Assembly (NCBI RefSeq): GCF_964204645.1
Contig: NC_134025.1
Location: 10,478,001-10,542,000, forward strand
From: Tubulanus polymorphus
Lineage: Eukaryota; Animalia; Nemertea
DNA: 64,000 bases
Reading direction: 5' to 3'
Numbering within the stretch: position 1 is the stretch's first letter; every line of letters begins with the position of its first letter. A model generated the notes under the pieces. It saw only the letters and a list, made by a program, of their open reading frames with translations, was not told the DNA's origin and did not search any database. Both the position numbers and the translations under genes were made by a program. Below are positions 1 through 12,193 of this stretch, one piece after another.

Positions 1-3000
1 TACCAGACGTTGTTACGGTCCCCTGGGGAACAACGGCTAGATACTAGACTAAAAACGAGGTGGATGTGGATGGATATCCTTACATACAATACCTTCAGAT
101 GTGAGTGCAGTTTTATTTTGGTCCTTATACAACCAAGCTAAAAAATTAAGGTTCGATCAAATGTTGTTCTAATGCGCAGGGCACTGGCTTCGCGCCTACG
201 TCTTCGCTTCAACATCCTCGGCGAGACGAGAGTATAAAATCGCAGATGACGAAAAAAACCGAAGCGCACGAGCATAAAACATCAATTTCGAGAAACAGCG
301 ATATGTCGTCTGCGTTTGAAATTAGAGACTTCGTGGCTGTTATTAGTTTATGCCATTAAACGAAAACCGCGTGTACGTGATATGATTCCGATTCAATTAT
401 CAAGAAGAGCCGTTGCGCTCATCAGAAAGAATATTGTTTAATTAGGGCTAATTAAACTTTGTTACAAGGCCCTTGCGGTAACCATCTGCGCCGTACAAGG
501 AGCATAAATTGACATGAACAGACATCTGTAAACAATAGACACGTGCCTTATGGATATGCACGTTATATTACGAATTGTCGGTACCAGAAAATTGCGCTCA
601 TCAGTACCGAGCCTCAATATAGTGTCGCATACAATATGAACGAAAAAACAATTTTCTATTCGAAAACTTTGACTTTATTGCGTAATGATACGTTTTTGTC
701 TTTTTACAACTGGAAATGAATAAATGTCTGTGCCAGCGGGTCGTTCAAAGATAGTATTAATAAAATCTTAGGGACTGGTTTTTAGATTGAAGGAATCAGA
801 GATTTAAAGTTGAGAGCTTGTTTTCGAACCAAAATGAATACTGTATTTTCTGACCAAAGACGAAAGTTGAATTATGAGATTATGCAACTACTATAGAGGA
901 TGGTTTCCCTTGATTCATCAAAAGTGCGAATCAAGATGCCTTCTTCGAAAGTAAAGTCCACCGCCACGAGATATCGTGAGAAGAAATCTGCGTCGTATCT
1001 CGTCGAATTGAATTAAGAGAATGACCGGGGTTTAGCGGGGGTGCGTATATCGTGATCCGGGCCTTTGTATACCGGTGAATTATTCGCCACGTTCCTCGAT
1101 AATGGCCATGCGAATATCATTAATTAGAGCGAAACCGGCAGTTTTCTAACGAACTAAGTAGATATGACCAATTTTCATCGCATTGTTGCACCGCGAATGC
1201 GCCCGATATGGGGTTGTTATTGCGAGTATGGTCTTCCGAGTAATTATCTGGCCGTCTTTTAAAACTTTGCTCACGCCGTCGACTTGCGCCGCTTAAAAGG
1301 AAGCCGAGAAGATGTCCGACTAAAAGGCAATTTGAGTATTTGTGATCATCGTGAAGCCGTTGAAGAACAAAGAAACCCTAAAACACAGCACGCACTCAAC
1401 TAATATACCAAAATTGACGCAGATTTGAAGAAAATATAAGAAAGTTCATGTTCAATTTGGCCAGACAGGTACATTTGAAACACACATTTTAATCACATTA
1501 TAAATAAAAAGACTTGTAAAAGTGTATTAACTTTAAGTTCTTTTTTCCTTTTTCTTCCTATCTTATTATTGCTTTTGTCTGGCGGTTATTGCGGTTAAGA
1601 CCGCGTATGAAAACTCTATCAATGTCTAATCCTATTTCGTCGATTGTGGACGGATTGAAAAGTAAATAATATATTCGTTAAGGTCAACAATGCTCGACAA
1701 AATAGCCGGGCATTTTCGATGAGTTTACGTCCAGGTTTTTACACTAAGAAGCTAATCGGAACTAATTGGGCCCGAGTTTACAACGTCGCCGAGAAAGCAA
1801 GCTCTTGAAAAATGAATCGGCTATTGAGTAGTAGTGGCCTCTTTTATAGACGGGTTTATTGTCCGTCGATTTCCTTAAGGAAAACGTCTGCAACTTCGGC
1901 GAAGCCATTTACTCCGGTTTTTCGACTAATAAGCTTTTGAAGAGCGGAACCCATTCGGAAGGTTATTTAGGCGTGTTTGAAGAGGTCCCCCGTCTGTCCC
2001 AACCTTGGTTCCATCTGTTAAAAGGAGGTGCACTAGAGCCCGACACCAGCAGAGGGGGAACGTTTCAAATAAACCGAGCGACGCTGCTGGTGTTTCCTAT
2101 TTAGCTGGCCAAATTACGGGTTCAATTTAACCTCTAGCCCCGAGAGGCAAACAAATTCATTCTGCTGACTCAGTCGACGCCTAGAGGGCAACGATTTAAG
2201 CACGTCAATTAAATATTCGACAGTGGACACCCAGCTGAGAGCATCGGCGTTCAAATTCGTTCTTTATTTGAGAAGTGAGAAAAGACACCAAATTCTAATT
2301 CCAAATTAAATCTATTCAGATTTTTGCCTATTATACAGTTTATACTGAACGGGTAAAGAAGAAGGCCTGATTCTTTAAGATTTGAGGCGAATACGAAAAA
2401 AAACGATGTGATTGTTTTTGACCGAAGTGAAATGCAATATAACCGACGCCATCTGGCGTATAACACAGGCATTATCTAATTGTAAGTTCATCGCATAACG
2501 AACTAGATTTTAAAATTAATCACTGATTCTAGAAATCCATTATTCTTCATAGCTGATTAAAAGAACATTACTGAATCTTAAAATTGGGAGAAGAAAATGC
2601 GTTACATTTTGCTAGGAATTGTGGAAATGATAGTTTGTCCATATTATTCAAAGCCCTTAATTAATCATTGTTGCTAACTATCATTAGGATTATGCCTAGG
2701 GTATCATTATCGAGTGAAAATGTTTTTCAAACATTTATGAATTATATAATGTACAATGTGTAAATGTGAGAAAGTTGAATTAAATTGAAAATTGAAAATT
2801 CATTTTCGACTGACGCAACGTCGTAACACGGGAAATAAATAGAAATCAAAACTGCAAATTTTGCGTCTCTGTCGATTATGTGGCAATAAACGATATTTTG
2901 ATATTTTTTCAACAATAAAGACAGTTTGTGCGCTAAGCTGAGTTTTATCTATAGGCCTATAGGCTGCCAAATAATACACGGGCTTAGCTAAAATCAGATG

Positions 3001-3983
3001 AATACACGATTTTTGAACATATCATTGTAGAGGAGTCCACCCAAGAGAAGTATTGAAAAGCAACGCCGACGGGATCTCGCTATTACAGGTCTATATATTG
3101 ATTGATCCCTTCGATTGCTGGAGGCCAAACAAGTTCCATTTGATCAGAAATACATTCCATAATGTATATACACGTGTATTATATTGATAATGGTTATCAC
3201 GTGTATTGATATGCCTCTATTATGCCAGTACAACGTATATTTACAGTAAGATAACTGAAGCGTGGAAAGGTTAGTGCTTAGTTAACAACTGTTTTCCGTA
3301 TTTTACACAGTACTGCACACAAGTCACGTTTTGTTGAAGGAGATTGTACATTGTACAACAGAAATACACAGAGCTCTGATCTTACATGTTCACAATGGGT
3401 TTGTTCACATCTTTTTCACTTTCTTTTGATTCGATCCCGAATCACTTTTTTGGGAGAAATGCCTAGTCGCGATAGCAACATTCAGGTTTTGACGATTAAT
3501 CACTCAAAATATGCAGGTGGTTTTACATAAACAATATCTGTGGGCTTTTTATTATCATCCATTGCAAATCTCGTTTTAAGACGTTTTCGATTTTCGGGAG
3601 CAAAGTCCTTTATATTTATGGGGCTAACTAATTGCATAGTATATACGTGTATAATGATAATAAGATAAATTGTGGGGAGAATGAAAAAATGTGGTTCAAT
3701 CAATACACTGTGACATGGCCACGTACTTAATTGCTACGTTGATGGCGTGGATGCTATTATAGCGTTCATTCATAATGACTGTCACAAACAAAAGTTGCTA
3801 TAGGCCTACTGGGTATGCATATGCATATTTGTAACACGAACGGAGCATGTTGTGGTGGAGTCGAAGTAATTTTCGAGCCGGAGAAGGCCACGACGCAAGA
3901 AATATGACATGATTCTTCAATCTAACTTTCTGGACTAATATATGATTTCAGGTCGACAAAAGAGTTACGATTTGCCCGCGAAA

Positions 3984-6900
3984 ATGGACATGAATGTCAC
4001 CAAAAATGACGCCGTAAATGGGGTAAGGTTATCATGTAACAATGAAGCCTGGTAATGTTTGTACTACATAGTTTTATTCTGGGGACTCGATCGGGGAATT
4101 TACGAAATTCAAACTTTTCCAGAAAATCTTCGATGTTTATGAAATTATTCTACTTGGCTGGAATCTGTCTTTCCGCATGATATCTCGTGCATGATTCGGG
4201 GGAATTCCTCAGGGAATAATGCCTTAAGTCAAGATAAGATTCTGATATTAATCGAAGTTTTCAATCCAGGAATCGTACAGAAAATGGTATCACCGTCAAG
4301 ATGTATGGGTATGGGTGGCAGGCATGTTGTTTGTTATCGGGCTTTCTGGTGCTATATTTGGAATAGGTGAGCTTTTTACCACTTATAAACCCAAAGACTT
4401 ATTAACATCAGGTTTGACACTAAATTTGATTGAATCATCAACCTTGTTCTACGTTCATATTTTTTCAGGTAATGCAAAAGGTTGGTACGCACCATCCGGG
4501 TACGTGCACAACGTCAGTGTGACGTCACAGGAACGATTCTGGCCCGAACCATTTGTAGAAGAACCGGGCGTCCATGGCAGGTAACAACCTTATTAATACT
4601 TTTTAACCCACTTGAGACTTTAGTTATTGCGTTCACTTTTCGCACGTCGTCAGTCGTTCACGATTCATTTTCTGTCAAATTTCGGCCAATAAATCAATGA
4701 AAATCCAAAATCCCTCAACTTTGATAGCTTGAAATTTATTCTGAATTTCATTCGCTTTCGTCGTTTAAGATATGGCAGCGGACGCACGGGGCGCTGGTAT
4801 TACTGGAAGCTGCCACCAGACAGAGTGACCGTGTTCACACAATTCTTCATCTGGGCTTGTTATATTTCGCATCAAGTTTTCATGTGGACCGTTATTTACA
4901 TCGCTCAACTAAAAAAGGTAATTGTCATTTCAGCAAACGAATATCAAATCAGAAAATCTATTGTCTAGGAAATTTGTATGATTTTCCTGCCGTGTTTATT
5001 TATCTTCTATATGATATACGCAATACCTGAGATGCCGTTGTTCACCAAATTGCTTTGAGTCCTTTTAGGCACATTCGACGGGACCTAGATACAGTAGTAA
5101 ACTGGGGATTTTCAACTGGGTGGCATTCGGAGGAACTATGTTTTTCCATTTGCTGCATTTGTTGCAGACGCACACTACATACGATCCGTTAGCTCAAGAC
5201 GTTGTTATTACTAGTTCACAAGGTCAGTAAAAACATCCATCCACAAAATTCTGATTCCGATATATAAGATAGAGCAGGTTTATCTTTCTGTAAAAAGTGG
5301 ATAGATTTTTCAAAATAAGGTTTATATGGCTTCGAGCATCGATTCTTAACGTCAAAGTAGAGTATCCTATACTGATAAAACAAAAGATAAAGTCCGAAAA
5401 ATTTCCTATTAAGCTGATGTTTTTATTCATTCGACTTTTCGACTATAGTCAAATAGTCATTCCTGAAGATGAAATTTTTCGGACTTTTCGTTTTATCAGT
5501 GAGGGATACTCTACTTTATCGGTACAACACGGAATTAAATAGTGTCTCTTCAATGATTCTTAACGCCATTTGTCAGTAAAAAGCAATGATTTGACGATTC
5601 CATTTTATGATATAGGAATGATTTATATTGGAAGGATGGATTGACGTTGTTTTGAAGAATCTTATCCCACCAGATTATATTTACATTTTCAAACCCGTTT
5701 TATTCCAGAAATAACGTTTGATACTCTGTATATACAGCGACCAACCCATCATAAAAGTATATCATATTGATGTTTGTGAATTTTCCTATTCTCAATCTCG
5801 CAGGTTCTGTGATAATGCTGATCGTGTACGTGGTACTGATAGAATATCGGGATCGCGGACTGCTGTTCGGGTGGCCGACGAAACGCAACACCGACAAAGT
5901 CTCATCGACTTTGAGACTGTCGTACGGGCCACTGTACGTCGCTCGAAAATATCACGGATACGCTTTTTCGTGGGCGGCAATCTACACTTTCTGGTATCAC
6001 CCGATGGAGAATACGTGGGGCCATGTTATGGGGTTCGTGCACACATGGATGATCATGTTACAAGGTAAAGCCATAAGTCGCAATGACGCATGATAAAACT
6101 ACTTTTTCATTGTACAACTTGCTAATGGTTGTTGAATACGATCACGTGTTATTTTATTTGGATCCCAAATTAGATTTAAACAATTCGGTGTGTCATGAAA
6201 TTTGTGATTTCATAAAAGACGTCCGTTATGAGCATTGCTTCGAACTTTGTTCGCTGCATAAAATTTGATTACGATATCCAAAAGAGCTTGGACACTATAA
6301 TGTAACGGTAAAATAGACAGGTTTTTGTGTTAATCATTGTAGGCAGCTTGATGTATACGGATTTCCATCTTCATAAGTGGTGGAGATTTATAGTGGAAAC
6401 TTGGGTAACCTTACATGGCGCAGTAGTGGCATATCAAACCGGGGGTCCAATTGTTATGTGGCCAATGTTCCTGTTCGGGTTTCTACTGTTGGTCTGCACA
6501 ACTCAGGTAAGATCAGATCCCAATAACAGAGTCATGGCAGTTAGAATATATTGTCTTCATTTCCAAATAATCAACTTTAAATAAGTTCTTAACTTAAAAT
6601 TTGGATCAACTCATTTACAGGATTTATGAACATTTCAATTCGTTTATGAACAATACAAATCAATCAATCAAATTTACATTAAATATTCAAGAATTTCTTT
6701 ACATTTCTTTACGTGCGGCTTGAGAAAATAAATAGAAATTCAAGATTTGGATAATTTGGAACAAACATAAAGGAATCTGATATGTATAAGCCAATATTGT
6801 GGGATTAATTACATTATTTCCCACCTGCATTAACTACCGTATTTGGATATCATATCGGTATTTTAGTGACGTAATTCATATGTTCATTTTTTCAGATATT

Positions 6901-7456
6901 CAGTTTGCGGTTTTGGTGGGATATACCGTCTGGATTCAGGGCCATCCCTATCGTTCTATACGCGGGCGCCGCGTTAGCGGTGTACGGGCTCGTACCGGAC
7001 CATAACGGCAAAACGTTCTCCAGAATTTACGAAATATTTTTCATTCCGGCCATCCTACTTCTTCTTCCTCTTCTGTGTCACGTATTGTTCCTGATGTGCT
7101 TGAAAATCGAATCGCTTTGTCAGCGAGTTTCCGATAACACAGTCGGAGAAAGTTCACCAGTCGTTCAAAAAACGCCTCCGACAGCAGCAGCAACGACGAG
7201 CAAAGTGTCTACCGTTCGCCGAGTCGTTTTCACGCTTGCGGCCTTATTAGTTTTAGTTGCGTTTATCATCGTCGGTTGGCTGATCGAATATCTCGACTCA
7301 CCGGGAGAACTGTTTATTTGGATGAACATATTGTCTGCTTTGTACAGCGTCGGCGTCGTTCTGTTCGCCATGTTTATGAAACAGGCCATTCCGTTGGACA
7401 TCCCCGTCGTCCCGTTGAATGGATTAACGCCAAATACACGAACCACCAGTTCTTGA
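3984..7456 (+). CDS. Multi-pass His-rich membrane protein of unknown function, paralog A (8 coding exons: ~3984-4022, 4270-4366, 4469-4580, 4770-4917, 5069-5222, 5803-6064, 6342-6506, 6896-7456)
   Basis: Manual splicing at GT-AG sites gives one continuous frame: MDMNVTKNDAVNG-ESYRKWYHRQDVWVWVAGMLFVIG...WYYWKLPPDRVT...FHLLHLLQTHTTYDPLAQDV...RKYHGYAFSWAAIYTFWYHPMENTWGH...HKWWRF...LHG...WPMFLFGF...; many hydrophobic segments; exon-by-exon similarity to paralog B. Confidence 0.85.
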
Positions 7457-8049
7457 AAATCGCTCCTTCGCTAGCGCAGATATCATTCACGATTTACCTA
7501 AACGCTGACAATCGTTACAAATCTATTCTAGAATGAAATGACTTTCAAATTCGATTAATATAAATGTTTTAAACGAAAAATGTAAACGATAAATATAAAT
7601 GCTTTAGCGAGATTATTTTCTTAAAACGATTTTGAATAAATTATCATATATGCACAAAACGACGCCTCCTTCAATGTTTTCAATCATTCCCAGTAGAGAA
7701 ATGTCACGAAAGCAGAAAAATGTATTGGTAATGTTCGATGAATTAAAAAAAGAATTCATACATATACAATTACTTCAATATTGACACGGCCGATAGAACA
7801 GATTGCGCAACAAGGTCACTGGAGGAAGTTATTCTGAGTTTAATCAGATTTTGAATAAGTGGTTGTCCCCAATTTTCTGATTTGGCAATGACATTCGGTG
7901 TCATTCTCATAGACATTACATACAATCGATACATTACGTGCCTAAGATGAGCGAACCCGAAATAACCAAACGCGTTCGTTTTAACCTTGACGGTAAGTGC
8001 TGTTTTTTCCACCGTAGGATAGAAAACTAGAAAACCAGTCGTATATACA

Positions 8050-11000
8050 ATGTCTCGCAGACGAGAGAGTAGGCCTACAGGTAATGTAAAATGTAAGGTA
8101 ATGTAATGTAAAACGGTGTGCAATATTCTATAGCATAGATATACTGTCAAAATGAAACTTACCCTTCAAACTTTCATTTTTTTACTCGTCAAAACTAAAC
8201 ATCATATTTACCAGTAAATTCTACGTAAAATGCTCGTCAAAACATCATCTGATCTTGGATATACTGTCAAAACAAAAAAAACGACCGACCCCTATCAAAC
8301 CAGACTACTTTTCAGCCAACACTAACTACGAAGTTTCTGATTCTCAACACTATGAAAATGAAAATGGCGAGGAAAGGGTAAGTTACGTTCCCTCAACAGC
8401 AGAAATCATGCGTCGTTAACAAGTTCAGATTTTCAATCCATATTTCATAGGATAAACCATGGCTTAAACAGGATACCAAGTGTTGGTTACTGGGAATGTT
8501 ATTCATTACATTATTATGCGTCGTTATTACTTACTTAGGTAACAAGAATATTTAAGTTTGAATAAGTCTCTGAGAGCTCAATTAGTTTTAGAAATCTACG
8601 CGGTCCCCTCGTTTTTAGGCAATGCCAGGGGATGGTACGCCCCGTCTGGTTTCATACACAATATCAGCGTGACGTCACAGGAACGATTTCTTCCCGAACC
8701 TGAAGTAGACGAACCTGGAGTTCATGGCAGGTGAGTCGTAAATATCTCGAGAACGAATTTTTTCTAATTGTTTGAAAAGATTGGTCCACACCTAGATCCA
8801 CGTCCCATGCGATATCAATAATTTGGAGTTTGTTAAGCAGGTCAACTTACTGATAAGATAGCCAAGCCTATCAACATTTGATGAATTTTGACAACATTGC
8901 ACATTATATTCATTCCGAATTGCACCACCTATTTTTGTCAAAACAGTTACACGGAGGTCCATCGGGCCTGCAGGAGATGTTTGAAAGATGTGTTGTTTAG
9001 CTGTTTCTCTTTTGCTTAATTCAATGCTGGTATCATCATAAGCTTCCAGTTAACATTCACATACATATCATCTGCAGGACTGGACAAGGTCGAGTATCCC
9101 GTTGGTATTACTGGAAGTTACCTCCGGATAGGGTCACTGTTTACACGCGACTTTTTGTCTGGGTTTGTTACTTCTCACATCAGATCTTCATATGGGGAGT
9201 GATCTACATGGCGCAAGCGAATAAAGTACGTTTCAAATTCAGTGGGTATCATTCAAATCCATCGCGTTTTACTGCAATTCCCTACAATAATCATGGACGT
9301 ATAAACTAGATAACATCTCTCTGGAACTGGGATTGTTTTACATTTCATTGATAGATGCCTAGATATAGCCACAAGCTGAATATTTACAACTGGCTTGCGT
9401 TCGGAGGGAACATATTCTTCCATTTGTTACATCTATTGCAAACCCACGTCACATACGATGCACTAGCACAAGATGTTGCTATTACAAGTTCACAAGGTAT
9501 AAACTTTATACAGGATTTACACTCGGAAATAATTTCATTGTTAGCTCAGGCATTGAGGGTGGTTGTGGTGGTGACTGTTACCTCCTCCAAAGTGAAATTA
9601 TTTGACCAGAATTTACTGAATTACGTGACATGGACAACAAAAATCCAGGAATGGGGCAATATGACATCGGTCACGCTAGTTTGTCAGTAACATCGTTCCA
9701 ACCATAAGAAAACTTAAGAATCCTAACTTGCTTAAATACTTCTGAATTACCACTCAAATAAACGAAATCGCTGATAATTACAGGTTCGGCGATTATGCTT
9801 TTGGCGTATTGCTCATTGATAGACTATCGGGATCGTGGCATTCTGTTCGGATGGCCATCTCGCCGAAAACACAGGGCCATTTCTTCGCAACAACCGAAAC
9901 TATCCGACGAGCCGATGTATATTGTGAGGAAATACCACAGTTACGCGTTCGCCTGGGCAGCGATTTACACATTTTGGTACCACCCGATGGAAAACACGCT
10001 CGGACACATTTTAGGATTCTTGCACACGTGGATGATCTTACTTCAAGGTAAAATCTTTTACCGTGGCAAAATCATGGCGTTAACACGTAAATCGATAAAT
10101 AATGGGGACAATCCCTATTCTAAGATCAAAATTATAAGTTATTTTTCTACAAAAATATCCGACAAAATATGTAAAATATGACTCCAGCAGGCATTTATTA
10201 CTGATATATGATTTCAAATGTTAAAATCGATAAGGAATAAATGAATATGCTATATTTAAAAAAAGACACGTAAACCGAATCCTTCAAACTAACTCGCCCG
10301 AGCAAAAATCTCTTTTCATCAACCGCAGGGAGCTTGATGTACACGAAATTTCATCTTCACAAGTGGTGGCGATTCGTTCTGGAAGCGTGGGTCACTCTAC
10401 ACGGAGGAGTTGTGGCGTTCCAAGTCGGCGGTAGTGTTGTGATATGGCCGATGTTCTTGACTGGATTTCTAATGATGATTGGCCTAACGCAGGTATATCG
10501 AATTAACACATTTTTGCTTAGAAATCAGGGTCCTTACGGATCAGTCATTCCTTGGATATAAGGAGTTTTCAACGAGTTTCAAAGGAGAAAATTTCAAATT
10601 TCGAGGAAGCATCTTCATCACTTTCATATCCCAATTACAATAGACTCCTCCTTAATTGGTACTTGTTAACTCGGTAAACCATCAATTTGGTGGTTTTGTT
10701 AGCAAATGTTCATCCTTAGCACGACCAAAACTAGGTCCCAGCTGTATTGCTTAAAAGTCCGACGCACACGGAACCGAAAAAAACGGTTACGATGTTTTTC
10801 TTTATGCCGTGTGCGGGGAGGCAAAACAAAAAACGCCGAACTGAAAAACGTTTTTCACGAGCAAAACACATGTTTTCAGTTTCGGCGAAACAAATGTTTT
10901 GCGGTGTGCGTTGGGCTTAAGGCTACTGTGCAACTAAAAACTATAAAAAAATTAATTGCCTATTTTTCAAAATCGAAGGAGTTTTGGTCATTTCTAAGTA

Positions 11001-11620
11001 CCTTGATAAGCATTTTCCATTTCAAAGGAATCAAAGAGTCGTAGGGAACCTGGAAATGATAAACACACTTAACTTTTTATTTCATTCATTCTTACTATCA
11101 TATTCACAAGCAATCGGGACGCTTCCGTTTTGCTTGACATTCGTTTTTACAATTTCAGATATTCACGTTCAATTTCTGGAAAAAGATAAGAACGCGATGG
11201 CGGTTCGTACCACTGACTCTCGCGTTGTTGGTAGCATACGGAATATATTCAATACCAGACGATAAGGGACGCACCATCGAACGCATGTACCAAATGATGT
11301 TCATCCCGATGGCATCATTTTTTACGACAATATTCAGCTACGCATTTTTCTGCGTATGTTTAAAATTAGAGAAAATGCTGGCGAAATTATTCAAACCAGC
11401 AAATCATTCTAGACTATACCGGACCTGTAAACAGGCCTTTTGCGGCCATGCTGCTTTTGCAGTTTTGTTCGGCTTCGTTTCAGCTGGTATCCTCGTAGAA
11501 CAAATAGATATAAAATTAGAAGTATTTGTCCTAATGTATTTTCTAAGTACTTTGTACAGTTTAGGCTTCGTTGTTTTTGCGATGTTTATGAGAAATCACA
11601 TACCTTTAGATATACCTTAG
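8050..11620 (+). CDS. Multi-pass His-rich membrane protein of unknown function, paralog B (exons ~8050-8080, 8316-8377, 8451-8538, 8619-8730, 9078-9225, 9355-9496, 9784-10047, 10329-10492, 11159-11620)
   Basis: Continuous spliced frame MSRRRESRPTANTNYEVSD...DKPWLKQD...WYYWKLPPDRVT...FHLLHLLQTHVTYDALAQDV...RKYHSYAFAWAAIYTFWYHPMENTLGH...IPLDIP*; same intron positions as paralog A over the conserved core; start exon inferred from phase match. Confidence 0.85.
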
Positions 11621-12193
11621 GTTGAAAAATTTGGCAAAAATCAAGACCGGGTGCTGGTTCCATAGTCAGACTTAGAGACTTAAGACCAGCGTAAGACCAT
11701 CTTAGTTCAATAGCCAATCTAAGAACTTAAGACCAGTCTTAAGATTTAAAGCCATTTTTGGACTTAAGTCTCGATTATGTAACCAAGCCCACGGTCCAGT
11801 TTCAAAATTTGAGCTAATCTTTTTCTTGAAAATGGACTCCTTTCTATCTTGAATTTTCAGTTATCTGAACTACCCATTTAAATCTTAATAACTCTACAAC
11901 TGTGAAACTCTAATCAAAGTAACCACACTGCTATGTACCTAAACGACTCAATAAACGCGAACATAACAATGAAACACGGTGTACTCATGATGTTTGATCT
12001 TTGGTGATCTTTATTTACTTTTTGTTGTCGTTCGCACAACTTATCGATAAGAGACACACGAATATAAATCCTCGATTTTCTCGTGTAAGAAATATCACTT
12101 TTAAATGCGCTTCTCGACCTCCAGTACTCAACTTTTTGGCTAGTTCTTCAATTCAGAGTATGACGGAGTGCTTTTGAAGTCTTTCGCTTAATG

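Noticed and set aside
1-103. Open frame ending at a gtgagt donor-like site
   Set aside because: Only ~33 codons, no recognisable motif and no convincing downstream exon; cannot be called
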